From an uncultured Candidatus Poseidoniales archaeon (GTDB lineage: Archaea > Thermoplasmatota > Poseidoniia > Poseidoniales > Thalassarchaeaceae), in the NCBI GenBank assembly GCA_964645485.1, contig CAZXZO010000001.1, positions 90,812 to 132,060 on the forward strand: 41,249 bases of DNA, given 5' to 3'. Numbering within the stretch: the first letter of the stretch is position 1; every line of letters begins with the position of its first letter. Made by a program: the position numbers and the translations under genes. The notes below the pieces were generated by a model. It was not told where the DNA came from, did no database searches, and saw only the letters and a list, made by a program, of their open reading frames with translations. Shown piece by piece: positions 27,867 through 37,180 of this stretch.

Positions 27867-30809
27867 TTATAATTCCCATTTTGATTCTTGTGTTTCTGGG
27901 TTGAAGTAATACATATTTCCTTGCTGGTCATATTGCTCAATCCAATCTCCAGAATCACCTTGGTTTGAATTTGGTGGTAAAGCCCTTTCATTACTAGGTG
28001 GCGGCATTTGGGCCCGTGGTGCTGGTTCAGAGGTTGTTGCAGTTGATTGATATGTTGCTTCATCAAGACCCCATGCAACAGCATCCTGCATTGCCTCATG
28101 GATATCATCTCGATTTAATCCATCATCATTTTTCTTCTTTTTAGAAATTTGTAAAACAGTAATAATGATAATTGCTAGGAATGGGACAATAGCTAAAATC
28201 AAAATTGAACCTATATCACCATTTCCTGCTTTATCAGTAACAGTTGCAAAGAATCCATTCATGTCACTATATCCATCAGAATCTGAGTCAGGACAACCGT
28301 ACCTATCCATAGTGGATGTGCCATAGTTGCTAATACATGAATCAGAGTTGTTTCCAATACCATTGTCTCCATACCCATCTCCATCTATATCACTCCATTG
28401 AGTAGCATCAAGAGGGAACAAATCAGGCATTGTAGTTCCTTCGGGGTTATCTCCAAATCCATCTCCATCAGTATCTTTGCATTGAGTAGGGTCGTTTGGA
28501 TATAGATCAGGATTATTTCCGCTTAAATCATCACCACAATGAGATGTTGATTCAGATTTATTCAATCCATCTCCGTCTTCATCTTCCCATTGTGTTGGGT
28601 CAATAGTAAAGTGATCATAATCGGTACCATCCGCGTTATCCCCATGCCCATCTCCATCAGCGTCATGCCATTGTGTGTCATCGTTGGGGAAAGCATCTGC
28701 AGAACCATCAGGGTGCGCTAACCATCCGCCGTCAGCGTCACTATATCCATCTCCATCAGTATCAGTGCAACCCCATCTGTCTATTGTAGAGGATTGTGTG
28801 CTATCCCCAAACGGACAAGAGTCGCCCTGTGTACCTGCTGAATTATCTCCATGCCCATCTCCATCAGTATCGGAATGTTGGCTAGAATCAAAAGGCCAGA
28901 CATCGGCTCCATCCTCAATGGTCCAATTTGCGTCAGCATCACTATATCCGTCACCATCGGTGTCAAGACATCCAAATCTATCAATTGTGCTTGTCCCCTC
29001 ATCTAAGGGGCAAGCATCGCTTTGAAATGCGCCAGGGATTGCCCAGCCTATATCGTAATCTTGATGATGGAAATATCTAGAGCTTGGACTGAATGAAGTA
29101 TCCCAATCATCTACCCCCTCGTCTGAATTGTCTCCACAATCATCCCATTCGTCATTAACCCAGTTTTGAGGGATGGTGTTGCCGTTATCACAAACATAAT
29201 CTTCGTCTAGAACATCAATGAAATCATTTTCTGCACCCCATGCAGCACATAATAGCACATCCATTCCTTTTTGGCTCGCAGGAAATGCTCCATCATTAAT
29301 TGCAGTTCTAAGTTCATTCATGCAAATAGATGGGTCATATACGTTGGAAGAATCCCCAATCGTTGGATGCATAGCATTGTCTCCAAAACCATCTCCATCC
29401 GAATCAACCCATTGAGTTGAGTCTTGGGGGAAATGATCGGTATCATCTTCAAATCCGTCTCCATCAGAATCAATACATCCAGGGTAATGTTGGAAGTAGT
29501 AATTTGAACCAGCACCAAGAGGGTAAGGGTTATCGTTTCGAGGTGTGTAATCATAATTCAGATGTTCTAAGATTTCTGTTGCTTCTTCAAGTTCTTCTAA
29601 AGTCATTTGTGAATAAATAATATCAGTCAAATCTTTAGCATCTCCGCCATAATGGTCCCACGAAACTACTTCTATCGCTAATGGTCCTACTTCTGATGTC
29701 CCATTCAAAGTTCTATAAAACACCTTGAATGCACTAGTTCCCTCAACTTCTAGACATTGGTCTGAATTATCTCCATAATCGTCACCATCGGTATCATGCC
29801 ATTCCGCCCAATCATACTTGAATGCATCAGCAATTCCAATTGGATGTGCAGGGAATGTAGAATCTGGGTCACTATATCCATCCCAATCAGAATCTGGGCA
29901 ACCATTTCTATCATTGAAACTATATCCCTCAACAAATCTACAGTGGTCTGGATTATTTCCATCAGAGTTATCACCATAACCATCGTCATCTGTGTCATAC
30001 CATTGTGTGTTATCACTGGGAAAGTGATCTCCTTGGTTACCATTTGGGTTGTCTCCATGGCCATCTCCGTCCTCATCTTCCCATTGGGTGTCATCGTTGG
30101 GAAAAGCATCGTCCCCATCACAATGTCCGTCATCATCTGAATCTAGATGTTCTGAACTATCATAGGGGCAATCATCACCATAATCAGACCAGCCGTCACC
30201 ATCATAATCAGGGCAACCATCTCTGTCTTGATATGAATCCCCATCCTCATATTTACAATCATCATCATCATCATCATATCCGTCATAATCGCGATCACGG
30301 TTAGAGTCATCAATAGTTAATGTAATCTTTAACTCTGCTTGGTCATCTCCACCTAATGTGGCTGAATACCCATCATCAATACCTGTAATTTTCAGCTTTC
30401 TATAATCGTTGTTATCTATATGTGTCCATGTATATGAAATCCATGTTGGGGAACCACATGAAGTGTACCCGCCGGAACCAATCCTTCTATCACTCTCCCA
30501 TCCTGTTGAACTATAGCGATATATTTTCGCATATACATTGACATAATCGTGGTCACAGGTATTCTCAATTTTCACATAAACTTCATCACCATAATAGACA
30601 TAAAATTTGAAATAATCATAATGATCTATACCACCTGCTGCAGAATTACAATTATCATCCCAACAAACATAGGACCAAATAATTCCTGGTGAAATTAAGT
30701 CAGCCCCACTTGATGTATCATTTGGTTCAGCCGTAGCTGAAGGAGTTAACAGTATTACAATAATCATTAAACATGATATTTGACAACCAACTCTTAATAT
30801 TCCGCGCAT
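27867..30809 (-). CDS. Single-pass membrane protein with TSP3-type Ca-binding repeats, LDLa-like module and C-terminal WW domain
   Basis: Signal peptide; many DxDxDGxGD...DxFP.D..QW repeats; CDNG..IP..W.ND..DDC.D.SDE; TM followed by KKKK; W-x21-W motif with YYFN at the C-terminus. Confidence 0.88.
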   Translation of the reverse strand: MRGILRVGCQISCLMIIVILLTPSATAEPNDTSSGADLISPGIIWSYVCWDDNCNSAAGGIDHYDYFKFYVYYGDEVYVKIENTCDHDYVNVYAKIYRYSSTGWESDRRIGSGGYTSCGSPTWISYTWTHIDNNDYRKLKITGIDDGYSATLGGDDQAELKITLTIDDSNRDRDYDGYDDDDDDCKYEDGDSYQDRDGCPDYDGDGWSDYGDDCPYDSSEHLDSDDDGHCDGDDAFPNDDTQWEDEDGDGHGDNPNGNQGDHFPSDNTQWYDTDDDGYGDNSDGNNPDHCRFVEGYSFNDRNGCPDSDWDGYSDPDSTFPAHPIGIADAFKYDWAEWHDTDGDDYGDNSDQCLEVEGTSAFKVFYRTLNGTSEVGPLAIEVVSWDHYGGDAKDLTDIIYSQMTLEELEEATEILEHLNYDYTPRNDNPYPLGAGSNYYFQHYPGCIDSDGDGFEDDTDHFPQDSTQWVDSDGDGFGDNAMHPTIGDSSNVYDPSICMNELRTAINDGAFPASQKGMDVLLCAAWGAENDFIDVLDEDYVCDNGNTIPQNWVNDEWDDCGDNSDEGVDDWDTSFSPSSRYFHHQDYDIGWAIPGAFQSDACPLDEGTSTIDRFGCLDTDGDGYSDADANWTIEDGADVWPFDSSQHSDTDGDGHGDNSAGTQGDSCPFGDSTQSSTIDRWGCTDTDGDGYSDADGGWLAHPDGSADAFPNDDTQWHDADGDGHGDNADGTDYDHFTIDPTQWEDEDGDGLNKSESTSHCGDDLSGNNPDLYPNDPTQCKDTDGDGFGDNPEGTTMPDLFPLDATQWSDIDGDGYGDNGIGNNSDSCISNYGTSTMDRYGCPDSDSDGYSDMNGFFATVTDKAGNGDIGSILILAIVPFLAIIIITVLQISKKKKNDDGLNRDDIHEAMQDAVAWGLDEATYQSTATTSEPAPRAQMPPPSNERALPPNSNQGDSGDWIEQYDQQGNMYYFNPETQESKWEL

Positions 30810-30836
30810 AGTTTTATCCGAGATAATATTTTTATT

Positions 30837-32573
30837 TTAATCTTTGTCAACCCATACCTTTCTTTCATCATGCCATTTTTGTATAGGGCCGTCTGCAAAT
30901 TTCCTATAATTAAAGCCGTTATCTGACCAATGTTTTGGCAGTTCTGGTTTTATTGTTTCACTTTCGAATTCATTCCAACTCTTCTCATCATCATTCCATA
31001 TTTGAACGGGGGAGTTTCCCATTTTACGAAAATTATTTCCCTCATCATCTGACCAATGTTTAGGTGGTTCTGGTTTAGTTGATGGTGTAATTTCTGTGGT
31101 GTCTTTATTGAATATATTTTGAAGTAAATTCGGATTTGATCTAACAACTGTGATGGATACAATGGCTATCAGGACAATCAACAATGCGATTGATATTCCA
31201 ATCACTGGGAATTTTGATTCACCACTGGGATTATTATTTGAAATGAATATTGATTTGCAACCGTTTGGTGTTGTTTGTATTCCTAATGGTGTATTTTCAC
31301 AATCATCATTTTCATCAATGACGCCATCATTATCACTGTCAATAAAATCATCACATCCATCAGAAACATTGTCTGAATCTACATCAATTGCATCATCAAA
31401 ACCTGGGCATAAATCAGAATTGTCACCTATTCCATCTCCGTCGGAATCATTACACTCAGAAGGATCATTAGGTAATGAATCAGAATTATTTCCATCCAAA
31501 TTATCTCCACATCCATCACCATCTGAATCAGCCCATTGACTGATATCATTGATGAATGCATCAACATCATCTGTGTATCCATCACCATCTGAATCTAATT
31601 CATATAACCCACAACCATTCTCATCCACACTAACGTTTGTGTTGGTTCTGAGGCAAGAATCATTGTTGTCATCTACACCGTCATTATCATCATCAGGATC
31701 TTCAATACCCCATAATTCATCATTGTCAAAATTAGAATCACAATCTGCACCCCAAATATCCATTACAAAATTGGGATAATCAACAAATGGATTGCGATTG
31801 CCTTGAATCTCAAATATTGCCATATTTCTCTCAAGTTCTCGGCTATCTACTGGGTCATCCACATTCCATTGATACATCGTGCAAAGTTTGCCTAAAGTTC
31901 CCACACCAACAGTCCCGTGTGTGTATCCATTGAACAATGATAAATCAGGTTCATCCAATTCTCCAGAATAGCGAACATCCATGTAAAAAAGAGTTCTAGC
32001 AACATCACCTTTTACCGCATTCGGAGGTTCCCAATAATTATGTGAATAATAGCATTCAGTACATTCTTCATGTTGAATTTCAGCATAATCAAAATCCTTG
32101 TCCCATCTATCATAATTTACTGATTTATCTGTTGGTCTTAAGTTGTGTAAATCAGTTCCCGCAGCCTTTGACCTTTCAGTCCCAAAATCCCCATGAGATC
32201 GTGGCCATACATGTTCTCTATTCCATGAATCATTACTTCTAATGGGGTTCCCATTCCAATCTGAATCATTAGATGGATGTGATCTTCCGGTGTAAAATAA
32301 ATTAATATTATCAGGATTATTGGTAGAATAATCTATTTCTTCAAGATGTTCCCATGTGTCTACATAATATGCTGCAGTATGATTTTTGATAATTTCATGA
32401 AGTTCAAAATGTAACTCGGTATCAGCAACATCTGTTAAATTAACATAGTATCCATCATATTCATTTGAATATGCTGATGTTAGTACTTTAGATTCTAAAT
32501 GTTCTTCAGGCAATAATGCAAAGAGAAATGTAGTGATGAATAAAATTGTTATGAAATATGTAATGGATTTCAA
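30837..32573 (-). CDS. Extracellular Endonuclease I family nuclease with TSP3 repeats and TM anchor
   Basis: WNREHVWPRSHG, DLHNLRP....N, EPP..VKGDVAR.LFYMDVRY, QGNRNPFVDYP. TTG start follows SD GGAGTGA. Confidence 0.9.
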   Translation of the reverse strand: MKSITYFITILFITTFLFALLPEEHLESKVLTSAYSNEYDGYYVNLTDVADTELHFELHEIIKNHTAAYYVDTWEHLEEIDYSTNNPDNINLFYTGRSHPSNDSDWNGNPIRSNDSWNREHVWPRSHGDFGTERSKAAGTDLHNLRPTDKSVNYDRWDKDFDYAEIQHEECTECYYSHNYWEPPNAVKGDVARTLFYMDVRYSGELDEPDLSLFNGYTHGTVGVGTLGKLCTMYQWNVDDPVDSRELERNMAIFEIQGNRNPFVDYPNFVMDIWGADCDSNFDNDELWGIEDPDDDNDGVDDNNDSCLRTNTNVSVDENGCGLYELDSDGDGYTDDVDAFINDISQWADSDGDGCGDNLDGNNSDSLPNDPSECNDSDGDGIGDNSDLCPGFDDAIDVDSDNVSDGCDDFIDSDNDGVIDENDDCENTPLGIQTTPNGCKSIFISNNNPSGESKFPVIGISIALLIVLIAIVSITVVRSNPNLLQNIFNKDTTEITPSTKPEPPKHWSDDEGNNFRKMGNSPVQIWNDDEKSWNEFESETIKPELPKHWSDNGFNYRKFADGPIQKWHDERKVWVDKD

Positions 32574-32619
32574 ATCATCACTCCCTTCATAATTTCAAAT
32601 GGCTGTGGCTTTTTATTTT

Positions 32620-34758
32620 TCATGTTTTTAACAAGTTATGATCTTTGATAATTTGTACATTTCCAGGCGGTAAGGCGGCCAACACATCGTCTTGAACTAG
32701 GCCGGTCGCTTTGGAAATCTTGTTTGCCATCGCTTCTTTTTTGATGGTGCCTGGACCAATTCTTACCCAGCGCTCACACCATTTTGTGACAGCAACATGA
32801 GCGCCAACAAGCGGCAATGGAATTCCGTTGACAACCGCCATACCTAATGTCATCTCCATGGTTAAATCTCGTAACCAATTGCGTTTCCCGCGTACAATCC
32901 ATGCTCCTCGGCCAAGTGCTTCACCGGTTTCAGCAGTCTTGCTAACTTGAGGCGGCTCAACCCAAAACGCAGTCGCCGCCGCCCCTCCGCTTGACCAACC
33001 GCGGCTCCAAACTACTGACATTTCAGCAGCCTCTTTGATGCACTTTTCAGAAAATTCTTCAGTCTCAAATGTTTGAGTTAAACGTAGTGCTGGTACTCCT
33101 TCTGGTAATCCTGGTAATGGGTGTGGGTCTTCCTCTAACCCTTCTTTGAGTTTGAGTGCACACGAGGGCGCACCATGTAAATCAGCATGGAAATACAAAT
33201 CCTCTCTCTTTAGGTATTTGTTCACAACCGCGTCATTTCCCTTGGCATCTTTACCACCCAGAATCAGATGCCCTTCCCCAACTACAGCCCAACGGTGTCT
33301 TTCAATCCACAACTGCTTGCTTCTCTTGGTTGCTTGAAGTTTTCCGGCAGCGTCAGCCTTTGCTCGCTTCTTTTCGGTGCTAGCAATTTTCGCGCGAGTT
33401 TCTTCAATTGCCTTTTTCGCGCCAATCGTCTTGTCTTTTTGTTTTCTTCCAGCATCAAAATATCGCTGTGCGTTTTGGTGCACTGATTCATCAAGATATA
33501 ACTCAATTCTTTGGGCTGGCTCGCCATCTTCATCCGGTAAATATGCCTTCATAGTTCGCTTGGCTGGGTCCAATGATTCTATCCATTCAATGCTCCTGAC
33601 TTTACTGCGGATATTATCCCAACCTTCTGCTTCAATTGCTGATAAAGTTTGAGAAATTAGGGTATCAATATGACCCCAATTATCCTGAATTGAAATGCCG
33701 AGTTGTTGCTGGGATTCACCTTTTGCTTCAAAACCAATGATTGCGCGTTCTTGCTGAGCCAAGCGGCGCTCAAGTGAACTTCCTTCATCCCGATGTTGAC
33801 GCTCATCAATCATTTGTGCTGCTTTTTCTTGTTGGCGTCTTGCCATTGCTGTTGCATCCCAACCACCTTTCCAAGCATCTACTGTTGCTGCTAGTGTGGG
33901 AAATTCGATGGTGAAGTCGTTTTCATTTGCAGGTAACAAAAATGGTAATGCTTCCATAGCTTGCCCATCAAAAATTTGGTCTCGAACGAGTGGATTCCCT
34001 TCTGCTTGTGCCAACGGTACTTCCGCATTACTCGCTAGCACACAGTGACCACCAGCGCCATCATCCAATTTTTCTGTTAGCGAACGAAGGCCACGGATTA
34101 AATCTTCAATTTCATCATCTTCTATGTCCGTTGCCATCCTATCAGCAGAAATTTCCGCAATTTCACAGATTGCTTCTGCATAAGCGCCAGCCAAATTTGC
34201 CCTGCTTGCTAATGTTCTCACAATATCTGCATCACTTTCTGCTAATAACGGCGTCAATTCTTTTGCGGTCAGAGTTCTTGGGTCAATTTGTGCTGGAGGA
34301 AACTCATAGATTTCACCACGCTTCAAAACTCGCTTTGCATATTTTACATTAGTAAGCGGCTGAATAATGACTCCTTCTGAATCTAGAAGCAATACATTTC
34401 CATCGCGAAACATCTCAATTACTAGACTTCGAATTCCATCTCTTGTCTCAAAATCAAGAGTAATGATACGGTCAAAACCGTGTTGTCTTACATCAACAAA
34501 CCGTCCGTTCATCAAGTGTTTTCGAAGAAGCATCGAGAAAGAAGAAGGATTTGGGGGCATTGGTCTGTCGCGTCTTGAGAGATAGATTCTCTTACCACGA
34601 ACCACGACAAGATCAATTTGGGCTTCTTCCTTAGGGTTGAGTCTCAAAACCACCTGTTCCCAATGTGGATGGTACGATTTTCGTGCTCTCGAACCTATGT
34701 ATGGGCGCAGTTCAGAGACAATTCTCGCCACATCAAAACTACTCATTTGCCCCTTCAT
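32620..34758 (-). CDS. rqc2: Rqc2/RqcH (NFACT family) ribosome quality-control protein
   Basis: MSSFDV, FSMLLRKHL, QHGFDRII, EMFRDGNVLL, NAQRYFD..RK.K, GGKDA..ND, FHADLHGAP, VSKTAETGE.L..G.W.VRG.RNW; SD GGAGGTGGTGA. Confidence 0.92.
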   Translation of the reverse strand: MKGQMSSFDVARIVSELRPYIGSRARKSYHPHWEQVVLRLNPKEEAQIDLVVVRGKRIYLSRRDRPMPPNPSSFSMLLRKHLMNGRFVDVRQHGFDRIITLDFETRDGIRSLVIEMFRDGNVLLLDSEGVIIQPLTNVKYAKRVLKRGEIYEFPPAQIDPRTLTAKELTPLLAESDADIVRTLASRANLAGAYAEAICEIAEISADRMATDIEDDEIEDLIRGLRSLTEKLDDGAGGHCVLASNAEVPLAQAEGNPLVRDQIFDGQAMEALPFLLPANENDFTIEFPTLAATVDAWKGGWDATAMARRQQEKAAQMIDERQHRDEGSSLERRLAQQERAIIGFEAKGESQQQLGISIQDNWGHIDTLISQTLSAIEAEGWDNIRSKVRSIEWIESLDPAKRTMKAYLPDEDGEPAQRIELYLDESVHQNAQRYFDAGRKQKDKTIGAKKAIEETRAKIASTEKKRAKADAAGKLQATKRSKQLWIERHRWAVVGEGHLILGGKDAKGNDAVVNKYLKREDLYFHADLHGAPSCALKLKEGLEEDPHPLPGLPEGVPALRLTQTFETEEFSEKCIKEAAEMSVVWSRGWSSGGAAATAFWVEPPQVSKTAETGEALGRGAWIVRGKRNWLRDLTMEMTLGMAVVNGIPLPLVGAHVAVTKWCERWVRIGPGTIKKEAMANKISKATGLVQDDVLAALPPGNVQIIKDHNLLKT

Positions 34759-34890
34759 TTCACCACCTCCCTTCGCTCTTGGCCCTCGCGTGTCAATTAC
34801 CACCCCAGCGCTGACCCTTCATCAAATACCCCATTGATTTGCTATTTTCGACGGCCATAGACTCATAGGCGACTTTACACTCGGATATCC

Positions 34891-35625
34891 ATGGCTGGAA
34901 TCATATTGATGGGCACTGTAATTGTCGTAATTGTATTATTAATGCTAATTTTTTGGATTATTAGTGCATACAACCGTTTGGTAGATTTACGCAATGAAGT
35001 TGAAAATCAATATCAAAATTTGGAGACACAGATAGGTGTTAAAGACCAGAAGATTGCATTTGTTGAGGAAACTGATTTGGCACAATTAGGATTGGAATCT
35101 TCAGTTTATGACAAGATTATTGACGCGCGCAAGCAGTTTGCATCTGCAAAAAGCAGTGGCAACAGAGCCGATATGATGGCTGCAAATGGTCTGCTGGATT
35201 CAGTAATTCCAGATGTACTTGCATTTGCTGAAGACAACCCCGAATTAACCTCCCACCATGTATTGGTGGCAGGTCTTGAAGAGGGTGTTCAAGCAATTGC
35301 AAAGATGGCAAATGAAGTTGAAGAATACAATCAAGCAGCGAAGAATTACAACACTGTTGCCGAGATGTTCCCTACTCTCTTAGTTGCGCGTATGTTTGGA
35401 TTTTCTCGAGCTGACTTGTTTGATATCTATTCTAGAGAACAAGTTGAACAAATGTTCGACCGTAGAGCAAGCCTAGGTAGTTTTGTCGAGTCCAAGCAAT
35501 CTGATGCCGACTTGAGGACTGAGGAATTAAAGGATGAAATCGCGGCAATTGAGGCTGAGACAGAGTTGATGAAGGCCAAAGCAGAACTCGCTGCATTGAA
35601 AGAGAAAATGGCAGAAGATAAGTAA
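34891..35625 (+). CDS. lemA: LemA family protein
   Basis: N-terminal TM, AYNRLVDLRNEVEN, AEDNPEL, YNQAA..YN.....FPT.LVA.MFGF; coiled-coil C-terminal extension. Confidence 0.85.
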   Translation: MAGIILMGTVIVVIVLLMLIFWIISAYNRLVDLRNEVENQYQNLETQIGVKDQKIAFVEETDLAQLGLESSVYDKIIDARKQFASAKSSGNRADMMAANGLLDSVIPDVLAFAEDNPELTSHHVLVAGLEEGVQAIAKMANEVEEYNQAAKNYNTVAEMFPTLLVARMFGFSRADLFDIYSREQVEQMFDRRASLGSFVESKQSDADLRTEELKDEIAAIEAETELMKAKAELAALKEKMAEDK

Positions 35626-37140
35626 TCAAATTGCTGTTACCATCAAGGCAATACTACTGAGAATGAGTAGCGCACTTGGGCCATATTTACTGAGTGTTGA
35701 TGACTTCGCTTTCAATACCGAAAACTCAGTTCCTTTCTGAATAACTGCACGTCGTCGAGGAGCATCTTCACCCACTGCAACTAGTGTGTGATGAACCCTG
35801 CTAGCATTTTCTGAAACAGTTCCTCTTGGTATTTCGTCGTGAGGGCGGCCTTTGATACGCGCCATTGTGTATACTGGGTCACCTAGTTGTAATCCTCTTA
35901 ATGTCCATCTGTGTTTCCTAACATCACCCTTGGTATAGAGGCCATTGCCACCCCTACTTCCAGGTCCATTCTTTTGCCAAAGGTCCTTACCAAAGTTTGA
36001 ATTTTCAAATGTTTGTAGGTCAACAATAATTCCTCCACTACCATCATGCAGTAGGAATGGAGTTGCGTCACCATCCCCACGAATTGACTTCCATTCACAT
36101 TTTGTTTTGGTTTGCCATCTTCCTTCTGAATCTCGATATCTCTCTTGCCAGCAATGGTAAACGCTGTAGTTCCAACTCCACCCAACAAGATTGTCAAAAG
36201 TCCAACTTGAATCACGATAATTGTCAACATGAACGGTTTGCAATGGCTCAAATGATGCAGGTCTAACTTGACCAACCAATTCATTGTGACCTGCATCAAC
36301 AAATTTGACAATTGATGTCACTGTATCCCATGCTTCCATCACTCTCTTATTCTGAAAATATGAAACAATGACGGAAACTGCGCCAATAATTAATCCAACC
36401 ATTAAGAATGGTGTTGTCGCTTGTCTTTCTTCTCCTGGAGAAAAGGAAAGCCAAACCCCAGTGAGAAACATAACTGAGAATGAATGGAACAGAAATCGTG
36501 AGGTGATTTGTGGCGGTGTAGCATTGTACAATGCGCGGTATCGGTGATGGCGTGGGTGCTCACCGAAAATCATTTCTTGTGAGTTCAGAGTATCAGCTTT
36601 TTTGAGTACCTTTTTCATTTGTTCATAGGCTTCTGCTTCGGTAGCAAATCTTCCATCTTCTTCACCATCTGAAAATGTAACCCAGTCATCTCCATCTTCT
36701 TCAACATCTAATTTAGGTCCATCTTGCTCATAGCGTGCAAGAGGGTCAGGTAGCCATGCACCTACTTTTTCATTCCACTCAACCCTATCTAAATGCCATT
36801 CAGCAGGGTCCATCGGCGGCAATGGTGGTATAGACCATGTACCACTTTGGTCGCTATCTGGTAACATATCTGACATCATATTTTTGAATGGGTTTGGGCT
36901 AGCAAAACCAAGAATCAATAATCCAATTGAACCGTAAACCAGAGGTTCTACTTGGAATGAAATAATGCTGGACATTATTCCAAAGCCAAGTGCAAGAGCA
37001 CCAAATCCCCAAATTACCCAAGTCAACATTGAATTTGGCCAAGTCCAACAGAAGTTTTTGGGAAGTAAGGGCTTTTCCTCTTCATCATCAGTATGTGGGC
37101 CAGCAACAATATTTGACAAATTTTCATCTTTGTCTTCCAT
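35626..37140 (-). CDS. Multi-pass membrane protein with GIDE-like domain
   Basis: Four N-terminal/central TMs, then ELVGQV, W..I......PF.L.DGSG.I.VD, GDPVY..AR and a C-terminal TM; adjacent to lemA; SD AAGGAG before ATG37140. Confidence 0.75.
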   Translation of the reverse strand: MEDKDENLSNIVAGPHTDDEEEKPLLPKNFCWTWPNSMLTWVIWGFGALALGFGIMSSIISFQVEPLVYGSIGLLILGFASPNPFKNMMSDMLPDSDQSGTWSIPPLPPMDPAEWHLDRVEWNEKVGAWLPDPLARYEQDGPKLDVEEDGDDWVTFSDGEEDGRFATEAEAYEQMKKVLKKADTLNSQEMIFGEHPRHHRYRALYNATPPQITSRFLFHSFSVMFLTGVWLSFSPGEERQATTPFLMVGLIIGAVSVIVSYFQNKRVMEAWDTVTSIVKFVDAGHNELVGQVRPASFEPLQTVHVDNYRDSSWTFDNLVGWSWNYSVYHCWQERYRDSEGRWQTKTKCEWKSIRGDGDATPFLLHDGSGGIIVDLQTFENSNFGKDLWQKNGPGSRGGNGLYTKGDVRKHRWTLRGLQLGDPVYTMARIKGRPHDEIPRGTVSENASRVHHTLVAVGEDAPRRRAVIQKGTEFSVLKAKSSTLSKYGPSALLILSSIALMVTAI

Positions 37141-37180
37141 TTGCAACCACTCCTTGACCTTTGGTGAACTTCACAATCCT

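Noticed and set aside
27817-32702. ACTAGGCC near 27817 and 32696 as island attachment sites
   Set aside because: Only 8 bp, and the second copy lies inside the rqc2 coding region; expected by chance.
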